NCBI GenBank assembly: GCA_025201805.1
Contig: MU619322.1
Coordinates: 32,972-96,971 of the forward strand
Origin: Parasitella parasitica NRRL 2501
Lineage: Eukaryota; Fungi; Mucoromycota
Length of the DNA: 64,000 nt
Direction: 5' to 3'
Shown piece after piece: positions 53,037 through 64,000 of the stretch; position 1 is the stretch's first letter; every line of letters starts with the position of its first letter. The notes under the pieces were generated by a model. That model was not told where the DNA came from and made no database searches. It was given only the letters and a program-made list of their open reading frames with translations. A program made the translations under genes and the position numbers.

Positions 53037-53314
53037 TGTTGGTATGTAAAAAATGATAAACAGGAAAAGATGAAAAAAAGAAACGAACGAGGGGAGGGGA
53101 GGGGGGGGGGGTCAAATTTAAATAGTTTCTGGATAAATGTTTCTCGCGAGGCTTGTGCACAATGTGCTCACTGTAGACTCGATGCGTAAAACCAATGAAA
53201 ACATTCCAAATCGAACTTGGGTTTATGTATCCATGGCAATCCATAATATCCGCCACGGCTTGTTTTCAGATGTATGGCTTTATTAGTTGTAGTAAATAGA
53301 TCAATGTATGGCGT

Positions 53315-54143
53315 CTACATGACAACGCAGCAAGAATTGGTCTTTTTGGCTGTCTTGTAAAACATTTTAGATTGGCTTGAAAGAACTTCTGATCTATCAA
53401 CAAGAGAATCCAGCTAATTTTACGCATAGAGATGATAAGTCGCCGTTATTTTGAAATCACCACACATCAACATGTTACCTTTTCACCACGCTGAAGAACT
53501 GAATCGATTGTTTTGTGCTAACGAGGCGTACAGCATTGTCAATATCAATTTGAGACAGCAACAACAAGCAACCTACCAAAATTGCAGTGGTCTCGTCCAG
53601 CTCTTTTTGGACCTTCATGATAGTATCTGCTTGCTGAGGATCCTGATATTTCTCTAAATAGCCCAATAACTCAGGATACTCGAGTTTATCTGCCTTTTTC
53701 CAAACATCAGCTGAGAACTTTACAACGACTTCGTCCATAATCTTATTCAACAAAGAGAATGCAACTCTGCTAGAATATTCTTTATCGCTAATGATCACAC
53801 CAGCGATGCCTTGCTGGTTACAATAGGCATGGGCGACATTATCTAGTAAGAGATTTTTAGTGCTTCTGCTGCTGCTACAGTCCTGGTGGTGTTATTATAT
53901 CAGCATACTTTCGATTTCAACGCTTTGACGCTGCCCAGCTGAAGTGCGCTCTGCAATAGTGCCTGCAGAGAATTCCATAAACTCTTTTACGCTAGCATAT
54001 ACATTAGAGCTGGCCCTATAAACGGCCAACAGCCCGCACACAGACACTCACCTTCCACGCTGGAAATAACCAAAGCTAGATAAATCAAATTCAGAGGCAA
54101 GGATTTTGGCCCCACGCAGAATCAGGATGGAATGCAACTTCAT
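53315..54143 (-). CDS. YKT6: Longin R-SNARE Ykt6; 5 exons
   Basis: [50 protein letters not shown] and the C-terminal lipidation motif [13 protein letters not shown]. Confidence 0.96.
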
Positions 54144-54746
54144 TATCCTGAAAAGTAGACTTGTAAATTAAATAAAGAAAGGGAGAGAGAGAGACGTAAT
54201 AAGCAGTTGCACCCTTTTTTCAATTTATTTCCCACTCGTATTTCTCTTTTTGGACAAAAGACGCCTGTAATCTTTTGCCGCATGGCAACTTACATTTGAC
54301 ATTTTCATATATGTATACATTTATATATATATATATATATAAGCCGATATGAAACACCTACACTTGTCATTGCTTCACAACACTTTGGATGTGTCTGCTC
54401 TCAACTTTATTCTGCCGTATACAGCCATTTGCACTGGGAAAAACAAAGTAAATCTACATTCTGTTCACTGAGTGTCTTTTGCTGATATTTTTCGGGAAAA
54501 AAATTTGCTACGTGGAATAATTGCTTGATTTTTCCACAATCTTTTAATAAATACATGTAGGCAATATGCGATGATACTACGGTAGTATTGTAAATGTCAC
54601 TGAGGTGTGTTCGTTTGCAGAGGAACACATCATAACCTCCCTTCGTTTCTTGGAGATTCAAATAGTCACAGACAACACCGAGCATTTGAACGACACAGCT
54701 TGGCTTTGTCCTTTGCAAACGTCCTTTACCCACCTCCATCAACATA

Positions 54747-55569
54747 ATGTCTACCATACAAACTAAATGTCCAAACCTATCAGATGTAATTGATTAGGCT
54801 TATGCTACGAGAAAACTGTACACACTAACATATCCATTAGCTAGTTAAAGTTTTGGGCCCAATTGATGGCGCTGATACGCAACAGGTAGATGCAAAAAGC
54901 TCAAAGCTTGATTCTGTACTCACCTTTACAGCAGCTATCGAAACCGTTGTGCGAGAATATATTTGACGTACAACGAAGCGAACTATTCGAAGTGCTGGAG
55001 ACGCTAAGAAACAGCTTCTGGAACGATAACGTCGTAATAGAAACACCATCTTTTCCACAACCTCAATTTGTTTCCTCTACAGAAGAGCCGCCTTTGTCGC
55101 CTACTAAACGCACGCGAGATTCTGATGATGACGATATGAGCGAAAATGAGAGCAAACCCTTGATCTCGAAAAAACGAGCACGATTGACTACGACACCACA
55201 AGGTACCCCACAAATGTGTGAACATAAAACCATTTTGTGCTTTTGTTTATCTTTTTTCCTTTTTTTAAAAAAAAAAAAAAAGCTGTAGCACCAGCACCTC
55301 CACCAAAAGCAGAAATCAAGACAAAACAAAGCGCGCTACCCCCTCCCAGACCTTTGAAAGCATACAAATCACTGTGGTCAGAAAAGCAATCCTACATACG
55401 GCAGATCAGAAATGTAAATGGTCGCGATGCAGATGTGGTTGCAGAATTGGCACATTTTTATCAATCAAGATCCAGAGATCAGCGTCGACATATGTCACTT
55501 TACTTGATGCCAGTGGCTCAGGCCATGCGTAGAAAAGGCATTGTAAAGTCGCTGCAAAAATGGATTTGA
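54747..55569 (+). CDS. Hypothetical protein with basic NLS-like stretch; about 4 exons
   Basis: Exons join through GT-AG introns into MSTIQTKCPNLSD|LVKVLGPIDGADTQQ|QLSKPLCENIF..KKRARLTTTPQ|AVAPAPPP..KSLQKWI*. No family recognised. Confidence 0.55.
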
Positions 55570-56776
55570 TCCAACTGGTGTGGAAACCAAAAAAAATTGC
55601 CATCCATATTTGAATTTATAGAATCATGACCCAATATAAATATATACCATCATCTGAACCAGGGCCCTTTGATCTAACTTATATCCACTGAATAATCTAC
55701 GTATGCTAATTTCTTGCTGTCACTGCTGCAAAAGCACATTTCAAACATTTCAAGAATTTATAGTGTAGCTATAATAATCCTCCATCGATCGATAATCTAA
55801 AACTTTATTACTCTCATTTAATATACAGCAGCTTTTGAGTTTTTACTCTCTATTTTATGATACAAAAATAAAGTATGGTTGTTGCCCGAAATTATTCAGA
55901 AAAAAAGAAAGAAAAAAAAAAGGGGGGGGGGCTGAATTTTAGCTGATAGAATGCTTCATCAAGGAAGATTTGGATCGAAATGAATAAGGCTATGACACAA
56001 TTAAAGTAGCTCCAGCCATGGAAATATTCGTGTAAAGCTGAGTGGAATATTAATTTAGTTTAGACGCACAAAACCTATAAAACCAAAGTCTGCGCAGATA
56101 CAGTTATCAAGATATTTTACTGTAATATAGAGTTTCGCAAAACTCTATTCTATCTGCTAGATTTTAGTTGCTAGGTTTATTACGTATCGATAATCATTTT
56201 ACTTTATTGAAAGAATATGTATTTCTCTGTTGCACAAGATTTTAAATTAAAATCAGAGATGATGGCAAGTAAAAGAAGGTCCTAAATGCGATTATACCAT
56301 ATGGTGCACACTTGAAGTGTAAAAGCTAAAGTACAGTGCTTACGGTATCAAATGGTGTTTTGAGGAAGCGCAAATCTTCCAATAATATGTATCACACAAT
56401 CGAGATCAATATCTAGTGTATAAATCAGCTCTTTATTTAGGTTAATGTAAATCAATTTCATTAAAAATTAAGAACGCATTAAAATATCCACTTTCTATAT
56501 TGTTGTTTAATAAAGTGATCCTACCCCAGTCTTGTTAATTTTTCATACATGTCGTGTCCCAGACACGTCTCCTCTATAACAATAGTAAGACTTCACACTA
56601 TCATTAATATCGTCATGATTTATGTAGAAAATCTGCTGAATGAAAATTTTGTACACGCTCTTGAGATTCCACTGGTTGGACAATTTTTTACACGCTGATT
56701 GATTTTTTTATTCACGAAATTTGGATTTTGCCGTAAGCACTGTATCAACTAAAGATACCCAATCAAGATCAAACGT

Positions 56777-56843
56777 GTAACCTGAGTTTACCTGATTCAC
56801 AATCTCATTGATGCACGCAGACCAACAATGACTCACAGGTTAC
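56777..56843. promoter_or_regulatory. Gcn4/CpcA-type elements upstream of CPA2
   Basis: Perfect TGACTCA at 56829-56835 and TGATTCA at 56793-56799, bracketed by inverted GTAACCTG (56777) and CAGGTTAC (56836), about 300 bp upstream of an arginine-biosynthesis gene. Confidence 0.55.
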
Positions 56844-57134
56844 TTGCTTTCTGAGCAGGAAAAAAAAAGGTGTGTGGGGGGGGGGGGGGGGGGGGATTTA
56901 CAGTGGTATAAAACCTTTGATTAAATGTCAACGGAATAAAAGGTATTCTTTTTTCTTTTCTAAAAAAAAAAAAAAGCTTTATCAACTTGAAAAAGAACAA
57001 GCAGATAAACAAGTTCATATAAACATTTTCCTTGAAATAGTCTATGAGCATTGCTTTCAATTTGATAACTTCTGGTCTTTTGGCATTCGATAAAACTTAT
57101 ATTGACAACATCTTGATCAAATAATTAATCTAAA

Positions 57135-60100
57135 ATGAACACTGTTGCAAACAACACTCGTCGAACCTCCTCTGCTCAACCTGAAGTCGTTGGTTTATCC
57201 GCCCCTCCCACTACATCTCGCGAGGGTTCTGCTGTCAAAGTCTCGGAGGAAATTCTTGCAGATGTGCCCCTTGTCAATGTTAAAAAGGTAGTTATTGTCG
57301 GATCTGGCGGGCTCAGTATCGGTCAAGCTGGTGAATTCGATTATTCAGGTAAAATTTGGTCTACACGGTTATGTAAGCCATGTATTTACAAAATATCACA
57401 GGCTCCCAAGCGATCAAAGCATTGCGTGAATCTGGAATCTATACGATCCTCGTCAACCCCAACATTGCCACCATCCAGACCTCGCACACTCTTGCGGACC
57501 AAGTGTATTTCTTGCCTGTCACTTGTGAATACGTCTCCAACATCCTGGAGAAAGAGCGACCTGACGGTATTCTGCTCACATTTGGCGGCCAAACTGCGTT
57601 GAATTGTGGTATCGCACTGGATCGCTCTGGTATTTTGAAGCGCTTAAACATCAAAGTTCTTGGTACTCCTATCCAAACTTTAATCACATCGGAAGATCGT
57701 GATTTATTCGTGAAGGCTTTAAATGGTAACTATACAAACATCACACAAAAAAATTTTCCTGTTCAATCGGATCTCCAAGTTTTCCATGGCTGGAAAAAAA
57801 AACGAGATCATCTAATCTTAAATGTTATACTATAGAAATCGAGATTCCTGTCGCTCAATCGACTGCTGTTGATACTGTCGAGGAAGCCTTGAAGGCAGCC
57901 AGTGAAATTGGCTATCCTGTCATTGTTCGCTGCGCATTTGCATTGGGTGGTCTTGGTTCTGGCTTTGCTGACAACGAGCAAGAATTACGTACTCTTGCCA
58001 CCAAATCGTTGTCTCTTGTGCCTCAGCTGCTGGTTGAAAGATCGATGAAGGGTTGGAAGGAAGTCGAGTACGAAGTGATGCGTGACTCTGCCAACAACTG
58101 TATTACTATCTGCAACATGGAGAACTTTGACCCTCTCGGCGTCCACACTGGTGAGTCGATTGTCGTTGCCCCGTCTCAAACTTTGAGCGACGAAGAATAT
58201 CACATGCTCCGTACCGCTGCTATCAAGATCATTCGTCATTTGGGCGTCGTTGGTGAGTGTAATGTTCAATATGCCCTCAATCCCAGGAGTTTGGAATACA
58301 AGGTCATTGAAGTCAATGCTCGTTTGAGTCGCTCTAGTGCTCTGGCTTCCAAGGCTACCGGCTATCCTCTTGCTTTTATTGCCGCTAAAATTGGTCTCGG
58401 TCATACTTTGCCAAGTCTACAAAATGCTGTTACCAAGACTACCACTGCTTGCTTTGAGCCCTCCCTAGATTACATTGTCACCAAGATTCCTCGCTGGGAT
58501 CTTTCCAAATTCCAGTATGTCGATCGCCACATCGGCTCTGCTATGAAATCTGTAGGTGAAGTCATGGCCGTAGGCCGTACCTTTGAGGAAAGTATGCAAA
58601 AAGCAATCCGTCAAGTTGATCCTAGTTTCAATGGCTTTGATGGTCTTCCTACGCCCTTTGAAAATGTCGATGATGTCTTGAGTGACCCTACAGATCAGCG
58701 CTTGTTTGCTTTGGCTCAAGTGATGCTGAATAGGAATAAGGCTGTTCGCGACAAATACACCGTCGAACATCTCAACAAACTCACCAACATTGACAAGTGG
58801 TTTTTGTACAAGTTACAAAAGATTGCCAACATTCACCTGAGTCTTGCTGAGCAAATCAACACCCCTCTTGAAAAGCTGCCCATTGAATTGCTTAGAAGCG
58901 CAAAGAAATCTGGTTTCTCTGATGCCAAGATTGCAAAGTTGATCAACTCTGGAGAGCTAACTGTTCGCGAGCTTCGCAAGAAACACGGTATCGTCCCTAA
59001 CGTAAAGCGTATTGATACTGTTGCTGCTGAATTCCCTGCTCACACCAATTACTTGTACACTACTTACAATGCGGCCTCTGATGACGTTACCTTTGAGGAT
59101 AAGGGCACTATGGTATTGGGCTCTGGTGTCTATCGTATCGGTTCCTCTGTCGAGTTTGACTGGTGTGGCGTATCGTGTACTCGTGCCTTGCGCCAGCTTG
59201 GTGAGAAGACAGTGATGGTCAACTACAACCCTGAGACGGTGTCTACTGACTTTGATGAATGTGATCGTTTGTATTTTGAGGAGCTCAGCTTTGAGCGTGT
59301 TATGGATATTGCTGAATTGGAGACTGCAAAGGGCGTCGTCGTGAGCGTGGGTGGCCAGCTTCCTCAAAACATTGCTCTTAAATTGCACGAAAACAAGTTG
59401 AATGTGCTCGGTACCTCTCCTTTGATGATTGACGCTGCTGAAGATCGCTTCCAATTCTCGAAGAAGTTGGACAAGATTGGCGTGGATCAGCCCGCTTGGA
59501 AGGAGTTGACTAGTGTTGAGGCTGCCTTTGCTTTTGCTGAACAAGTTGGCTATCCTGTCCTTGTTCGTCCGTCGTACGTCCTCTCCGGTGCTGCCATGAA
59601 CGTCGCTTACACTCCTGATGCTCTTAAACACAACTTGACTGATGCTACTAACGTCTCTCCTCTTCATCCCGTTGTCATTACTAAATTCATTGAAAATGCT
59701 CAAGAAATCGATGTTGATTCCGTTGCTAGTAATGGTACTGTCCTTGTCCATGCTGTCTCTGAGCATGTCGAGAATGCTGGCGTTCACTCTGGCGACGCTA
59801 GTTTGATCCTGCCTCCCCGTGATCTCTCTCCTCAAACCATGGCTCGTCTCAAGGAAATTGCTGACAAGGTCGCCGAAGCTTTCGAAATCACTGGCCCCTT
59901 TAACATGCAAATCATCAAGCAAGATATCCCTGGCCAACCTGAGCCTCTTCTCAAAGTCATTGAATGCAATCTGCGTGCTTCTCGCTCATTCCCCTTTGTC
60001 TCGAAGGTTCTCGGTGTCAACTTTATCGATGTTGCTACGCGTGCCTTGGCCAGAAAGGAGGTTCCTGCTCCCGTTAATCTGATGGACAAGAATTACGCTT

Positions 60101-60723
60101 ACCAGGCTATCAAGGTCCCTCAGTTCTCTTGGACTCGTCTCCAAGGTGCCGACCCCTTCTTGGGTGTTGAGATGGCTTCCACGGGCGAAGTTGCTTGCTT
60201 TGGCAAAGATAAATACCAAGCGTTCTGGGCTGCTATCCAAGCAACTCAAAACTTCCGTATCCCCCAACGTGGTGCTGGTGTACTCATTGGTGGTGACAGT
60301 GTTACTGACAAGAAGGATTACGTCCATATTGCCCAAACCTTCTACAAGGAGCTTGGACATCCTATCTTTGTTCCTACTGAACAAGACAAGTACTTTTTGG
60401 AAAAGGAAGCTAATGTCCCATCCACTTGCTTGCCAATTGCCTCCTGCGCCGAAGACAAGCGTATTTTGAACAAGTTGTTTAAGGATAACAACATTGACTT
60501 TGTTGTCCATCTTGCAAAGATCCGTGCTCCCGATCAATTGGATGAAGGCTACGTTTGTCGTCGTGCTGCTGTCGATTTTGGCATTCCTTTACTCAATGAT
60601 TCCAAGGTGGCTGCTCTTTTCGCAGACTCCTGTGTCCGTCATAGAACTGACCAGCCTCATACTGCTGCGGATATCCCTGATGAAGTCAAGTGCTGGAGCG
60701 ATTTTGTTGATGCTAGAATCTAA
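57135..60723 (+). CDS. CPA2: Carbamoyl-phosphate synthase large chain, arginine-specific; 3 exons
   Basis: [20 protein letters not shown], two ATP-grasp halves ([29 protein letters not shown]; [27 protein letters not shown]) and an MGS domain. No glutaminase or ATCase fusion, so not URA2. Confidence 0.96.
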
Positions 60724-60823
60724 TTTGCCCAATTTCTTTTGCACTCTCGATTTCCACCAAGCATTGTTACATACAACACATAAACAATCATTTCATGTAA
60801 ATTCACGCACTTTATAGACTCTT

Positions 60824-60859
<36 letters not shown>

Positions 60860-62097
60860 ATATATTTTTTTTTTTTTTTTTTTTTTTTTATTCGATCAGA
60901 AAGTAATAAAATAATTCGTATGCATTGAATTTTACAGCCATTGTATTTACATGCTTCGCTTGTTGGCACCTTTTATTTTCAGTTTAGGGCCAAGACATCA
61001 TCCCAATAGATAACTTGCGTACGTTTTTAATTCAAGCCGATAGTTAAGATGTCCGTAAAGCATTTTCTGGAAAGGCATTTTTACGTAGCTTCATTTTTTT
61101 TGGGTAAAGCAAATGTCATCCAATCTTCACCATTTTTTCCCCTCGCCTAAAGGCCATAATATACCACGTCAGATATCCGTTTCAAATTATTAAACGATGG
61201 AGACAACCTCTTCCATCAAACTTCGCTTTTTTCGTATCATTCTGCAGCATACCAGAGTTTCATACAACTCTGGTCATTTCTAAATCTTGCTCGTCTGCAT
61301 GATTTTAGGTACAGATTTAGGATTTAGGCTAACAATGCACTCTAATACTATTACAATAACTGTACTTCATCACCTTTTCTAGTTCCCGATAGCTATCTTT
61401 GTTGTCGAGATGCTGCTAAAACTAAGCTTTGCTGATTTTACAGCATATGGGGGCCTGTAGCAAGTGCCAAACTTCGCAAGTAAACTATATCCCGGCTTCC
61501 AAGTAAACTTATGAGTACGTTCTGACCCGTGTACTGGTAAATAACATGTGTTTATTAAGATTTTTTTCAATGAGTCCTCATAAGTTTCAAGGGTATAAAG
61601 CATGTTTTATATATATATATATTGTACCATAAACATAGAGCTATTGAATACCTATCGAATGGCTTTTGTTTCGTTACACAATATCGAATTTTGGGCGAAA
61701 AACAGAGTTGTTTTTTATTCTTATGAACGGCTCTATTTTTGGCAGATATAGCTGAGCTACAGTTGTGAAAAACATATGGACGTGTAGTGTATTGATTTTA
61801 TGGATCGATTGATTGAGTTTACACGTTTGTATCTGCTCAAAATGGAGGTGTTTTTGCTTGAAAAGTATTGAAAAGCTGCTATTTCAAGATTTGAAAATTA
61901 ATAATATGAAAATGTATGCTAATAGTATTATAGCCTACATGGTTCAATGCCAAATTTATTTTTTGACATAAAACAACCAATGCGCATATCAGTTATACCT
62001 ATTACTTTGTTGAAATATTTAGCAATAATGATTTGATGCATGAAATCGGATAGAAGAGCACCTCAAAGCTGTAAGAGCAGGTCAAAAGTTCTCTTAA

Positions 62098-63110
62098 AGC
62101 GGAGTTACCTGGCGACTTTAACATTGCGGCCTTCGTCCTCGAAGTTCGCAATCGTTTGAGTCGTCTAGAGTCGGCTCATGCTGAAATCTCTCGGCTTAAA
62201 GCAGCTCTAGCAGAATCAGAGCCTGCTCGTTAGGCTCTTGAAGCTCAAATTTCTCGTCTGTCTGCTTCTTCTGCTGCTCCACCTCCACCAACAAAAGCCG
62301 CCTCTTTTGCTTCTGTTGATGCTGCTGCTGCTGCTTCTATTACCACTGCTGCTCCCACCTCTATTTCTGTTCCTGCTGCTGTTGCTGGCAAAAAGAGAAA
62401 AACAAATCTGCTTCTCCTCCTCCAATCCCCATCAAAAAGGCTGCTGCCACTGTTAGTCGTTTATTTGGGAAATAGTCTGATATCCCCTCGGGATATCAGT
62501 TTGTCTATATGGGCATCTCTCGTCGCCGGCCTCAAACTGAATAATTCTCGAATCTTGGATATCCAGTATCCCATCCCCAACGTTATCTCTTTTTTTGTAC
62601 ACGATGACTATGCTTTCACTTTCACCAGTGGAATGCATATGCACGGCCGTGGTTGCTCTCCTCTTCTTGACTATGATCCCTGCGATGCCAAAAATCTCCT
62701 GGATCCAAAGTATGCCTCTCTGTCTCCCTCTCTTCGTGCTGAAAAAGCAGTAGAAATTGAAAATCTACGTTGTCTTCGTGCTCTGTCGTTTGTTCGTCAT
62801 TCGGTTCGTCTCTCTGTTGCTCGCTCGTTTCTGTATTATGACAGAATTACACAGAAACAATATGACGCTATTCTTGCTGAAGAATTGTCGTTGCGTGCCG
62901 CTGCTGCTCCTGCTAAAACCCTGTCTCCCACTGCTGCTCAGGATCGCTTGGCAAAAAAAACAACGCCTAAGCTATCTTCACAACCTTTTGTTCTTTGACC
63001 CTGCCACTGCCAAAACCTTGGCATATACTGACTCTCCTGTTCTCTCTACCTCTTCTCCTGCTGCTGACACTCCAATGCCAGAGATTTCTGGTGTTGTGCC
63101 TGTTATTCAG
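62098..63110 (+). mobile_element. Decayed ORF1/gag-like relic of a non-LTR (LINE-type) retroelement
   Basis: Coiled coil (RLSRLESAHAEISRLKAALAESEPAR*ALEAQI), A/P-rich linker, then GYQFVYM and NSRILDIQYP..VISFFVHDDY..DYDP, interrupted by in-frame stops and frameshifts. It resembles the ORF1-like proteins I recall from Mucorales LINEs. No endonuclease or RT seen. Confidence 0.6.
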
Positions 63111-63739
63111 GTTAAGTTTGGTTTTTTTTGTCTTCTTCTTGTCTCTGTCTGCCTTTGCTGTTGTTTCTCCTGTTCTCTATTTTTTTTCTTTCTCTCATTT
63201 GGTTTCTGCTCTCTCCTCTCCTCTCTCTTTCTTTACATTTTACATGTATTGTCTCGGTATCTCCTTTTTTTCTCGTTTTTTTTTTTGTGCTTTCCCTGGT
63301 AGCGTCTGTTAGTTTTGTTTGTGCTGCTGTATGCCGGTCGAGGGCTCTTCTATTGCACTGTGATTTATACAAGACAACTTCTCTATCAACCTTCCTTCCT
63401 CTTTGTTCTCGTATTCCTTCTTCCTGACATTACAGATTGATGTCCTCTTTATAAGGTAAAAGAATATTCTATCTAGTTAGCTTTGGCTATCGGGTTGAGA
63501 TGTTGATTATAATTTCAGACTATGTTATATATATGACTAGAATGCATCAGTCATGGTATTGTAATTTGTTAAGAATCTTCCGAGTACAGACACACTTGAT
63601 ATCCATTAAATAGTAGTAATCCATAATTTAATGTCGCATAAAATGATAATTAATGTATAAAAATATGGATGTAATATGCTATAATTATGATATCCACAAA
63701 CTGCATATAAACTCCAAGTAGCTACGACGAAAAGCAAAA

Positions 63740-63985
63740 TGAAGCCTATCTTAGGTGTTATTGGAACAGGCACAATCATCGCTTTTTGAGCATAACTTGG
63801 TTTTCACTGGGCAATGTCTCTATCAAAAAATATCTCTAAAAAAAGTTTTATTTTTCTAAATTTATCATAACTATCAGATATTTGCTCATAACTTCTGCTA
63901 AAATAACAGTAAAATCGGGATCTCAGATGAATAACACAGTGTTGACCTGGCGCTATCTGGCGAAAATATTTGTATCGATATTTTT
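63740..63985 (-). repeat. Inverted dispersed copy of the 310-bp repeat unit
   Basis: Reverse complement contains ATTTTAGCAGAAGTTATGAGCAAATATCTGATAGTTATGATAAAT and TTTTTGATAGAGACATTGCCCAGTG..AAGTTATGCTCAAAAAGCGATGATTGTGCCTG, colinear with 21840-21980. Confidence 0.85.
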
Positions 63986-64000
63986 TCTTTTTTTTTTTTT

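Noticed and set aside
56925-56939. Short uORF (MSTE*) upstream of CPA2 as an arginine attenuator peptide
   Set aside because: The attenuator peptide is about 24 aa and belongs to the small-subunit gene CPA1/arg-2; there is no similarity here.
58957-59937. 326-aa antisense ORF inside CPA2, and similar shadow ORFs in ATP1, cotH, SRV2 and the MDR reductase
   Set aside because: Expected by-product of codon bias in highly expressed genes; no recognisable motifs.
60980-61603. Fragmentary minus-strand ORFs downstream of CPA2
   Set aside because: No recognisable domain or consistent exon chain.

Overview
Gene-dense, intron-rich eukaryotic scaffold from a fungus, most likely Mucorales (CotH gene, short ~50-70 nt GT-AG introns, AT-rich intergenic DNA, Mucorales-type LINE ORF1 relic). 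About 22 spliced protein-coding genes are supported: ATP1 (5' part), a plant-TBL-like PC-esterase, an ArAE/FUSC membrane protein, cysteine synthase, RPR2/RPP21, SNX4, ATG22-like, a SWIRM protein, an Anp1/Mnn9 mannosyltransferase, HIR3, CotH, two Zn2Cys6 factors, a BTB-CAP-Gly protein, a Sel1 protein, SRV2/CAP, an MDR reductase, metacaspase, phytochelatin synthase, YKT6, an orphan gene and CPA2. Non-genic structure includes a degenerate ~310-bp tandem repeat at 21.1-22.4 kb with inverted dispersed copies at 4.2 and 63.8 kb, a probable solo LTR inside it, a decayed LINE ORF1 at 62-63 kb and two assembly gaps. The best leads are the plant-type TBL O-acetyltransferase, the repeat family with its nested LTR, a cryptic multi-exon gene head-to-head with HIR3, an anchorless CotH, the BTB-CAP-Gly fusion and a phytochelatin synthase with a presequence-like extension. 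I see no clearly new multi-gene system. Exon boundaries were read by eye and no database search was run.
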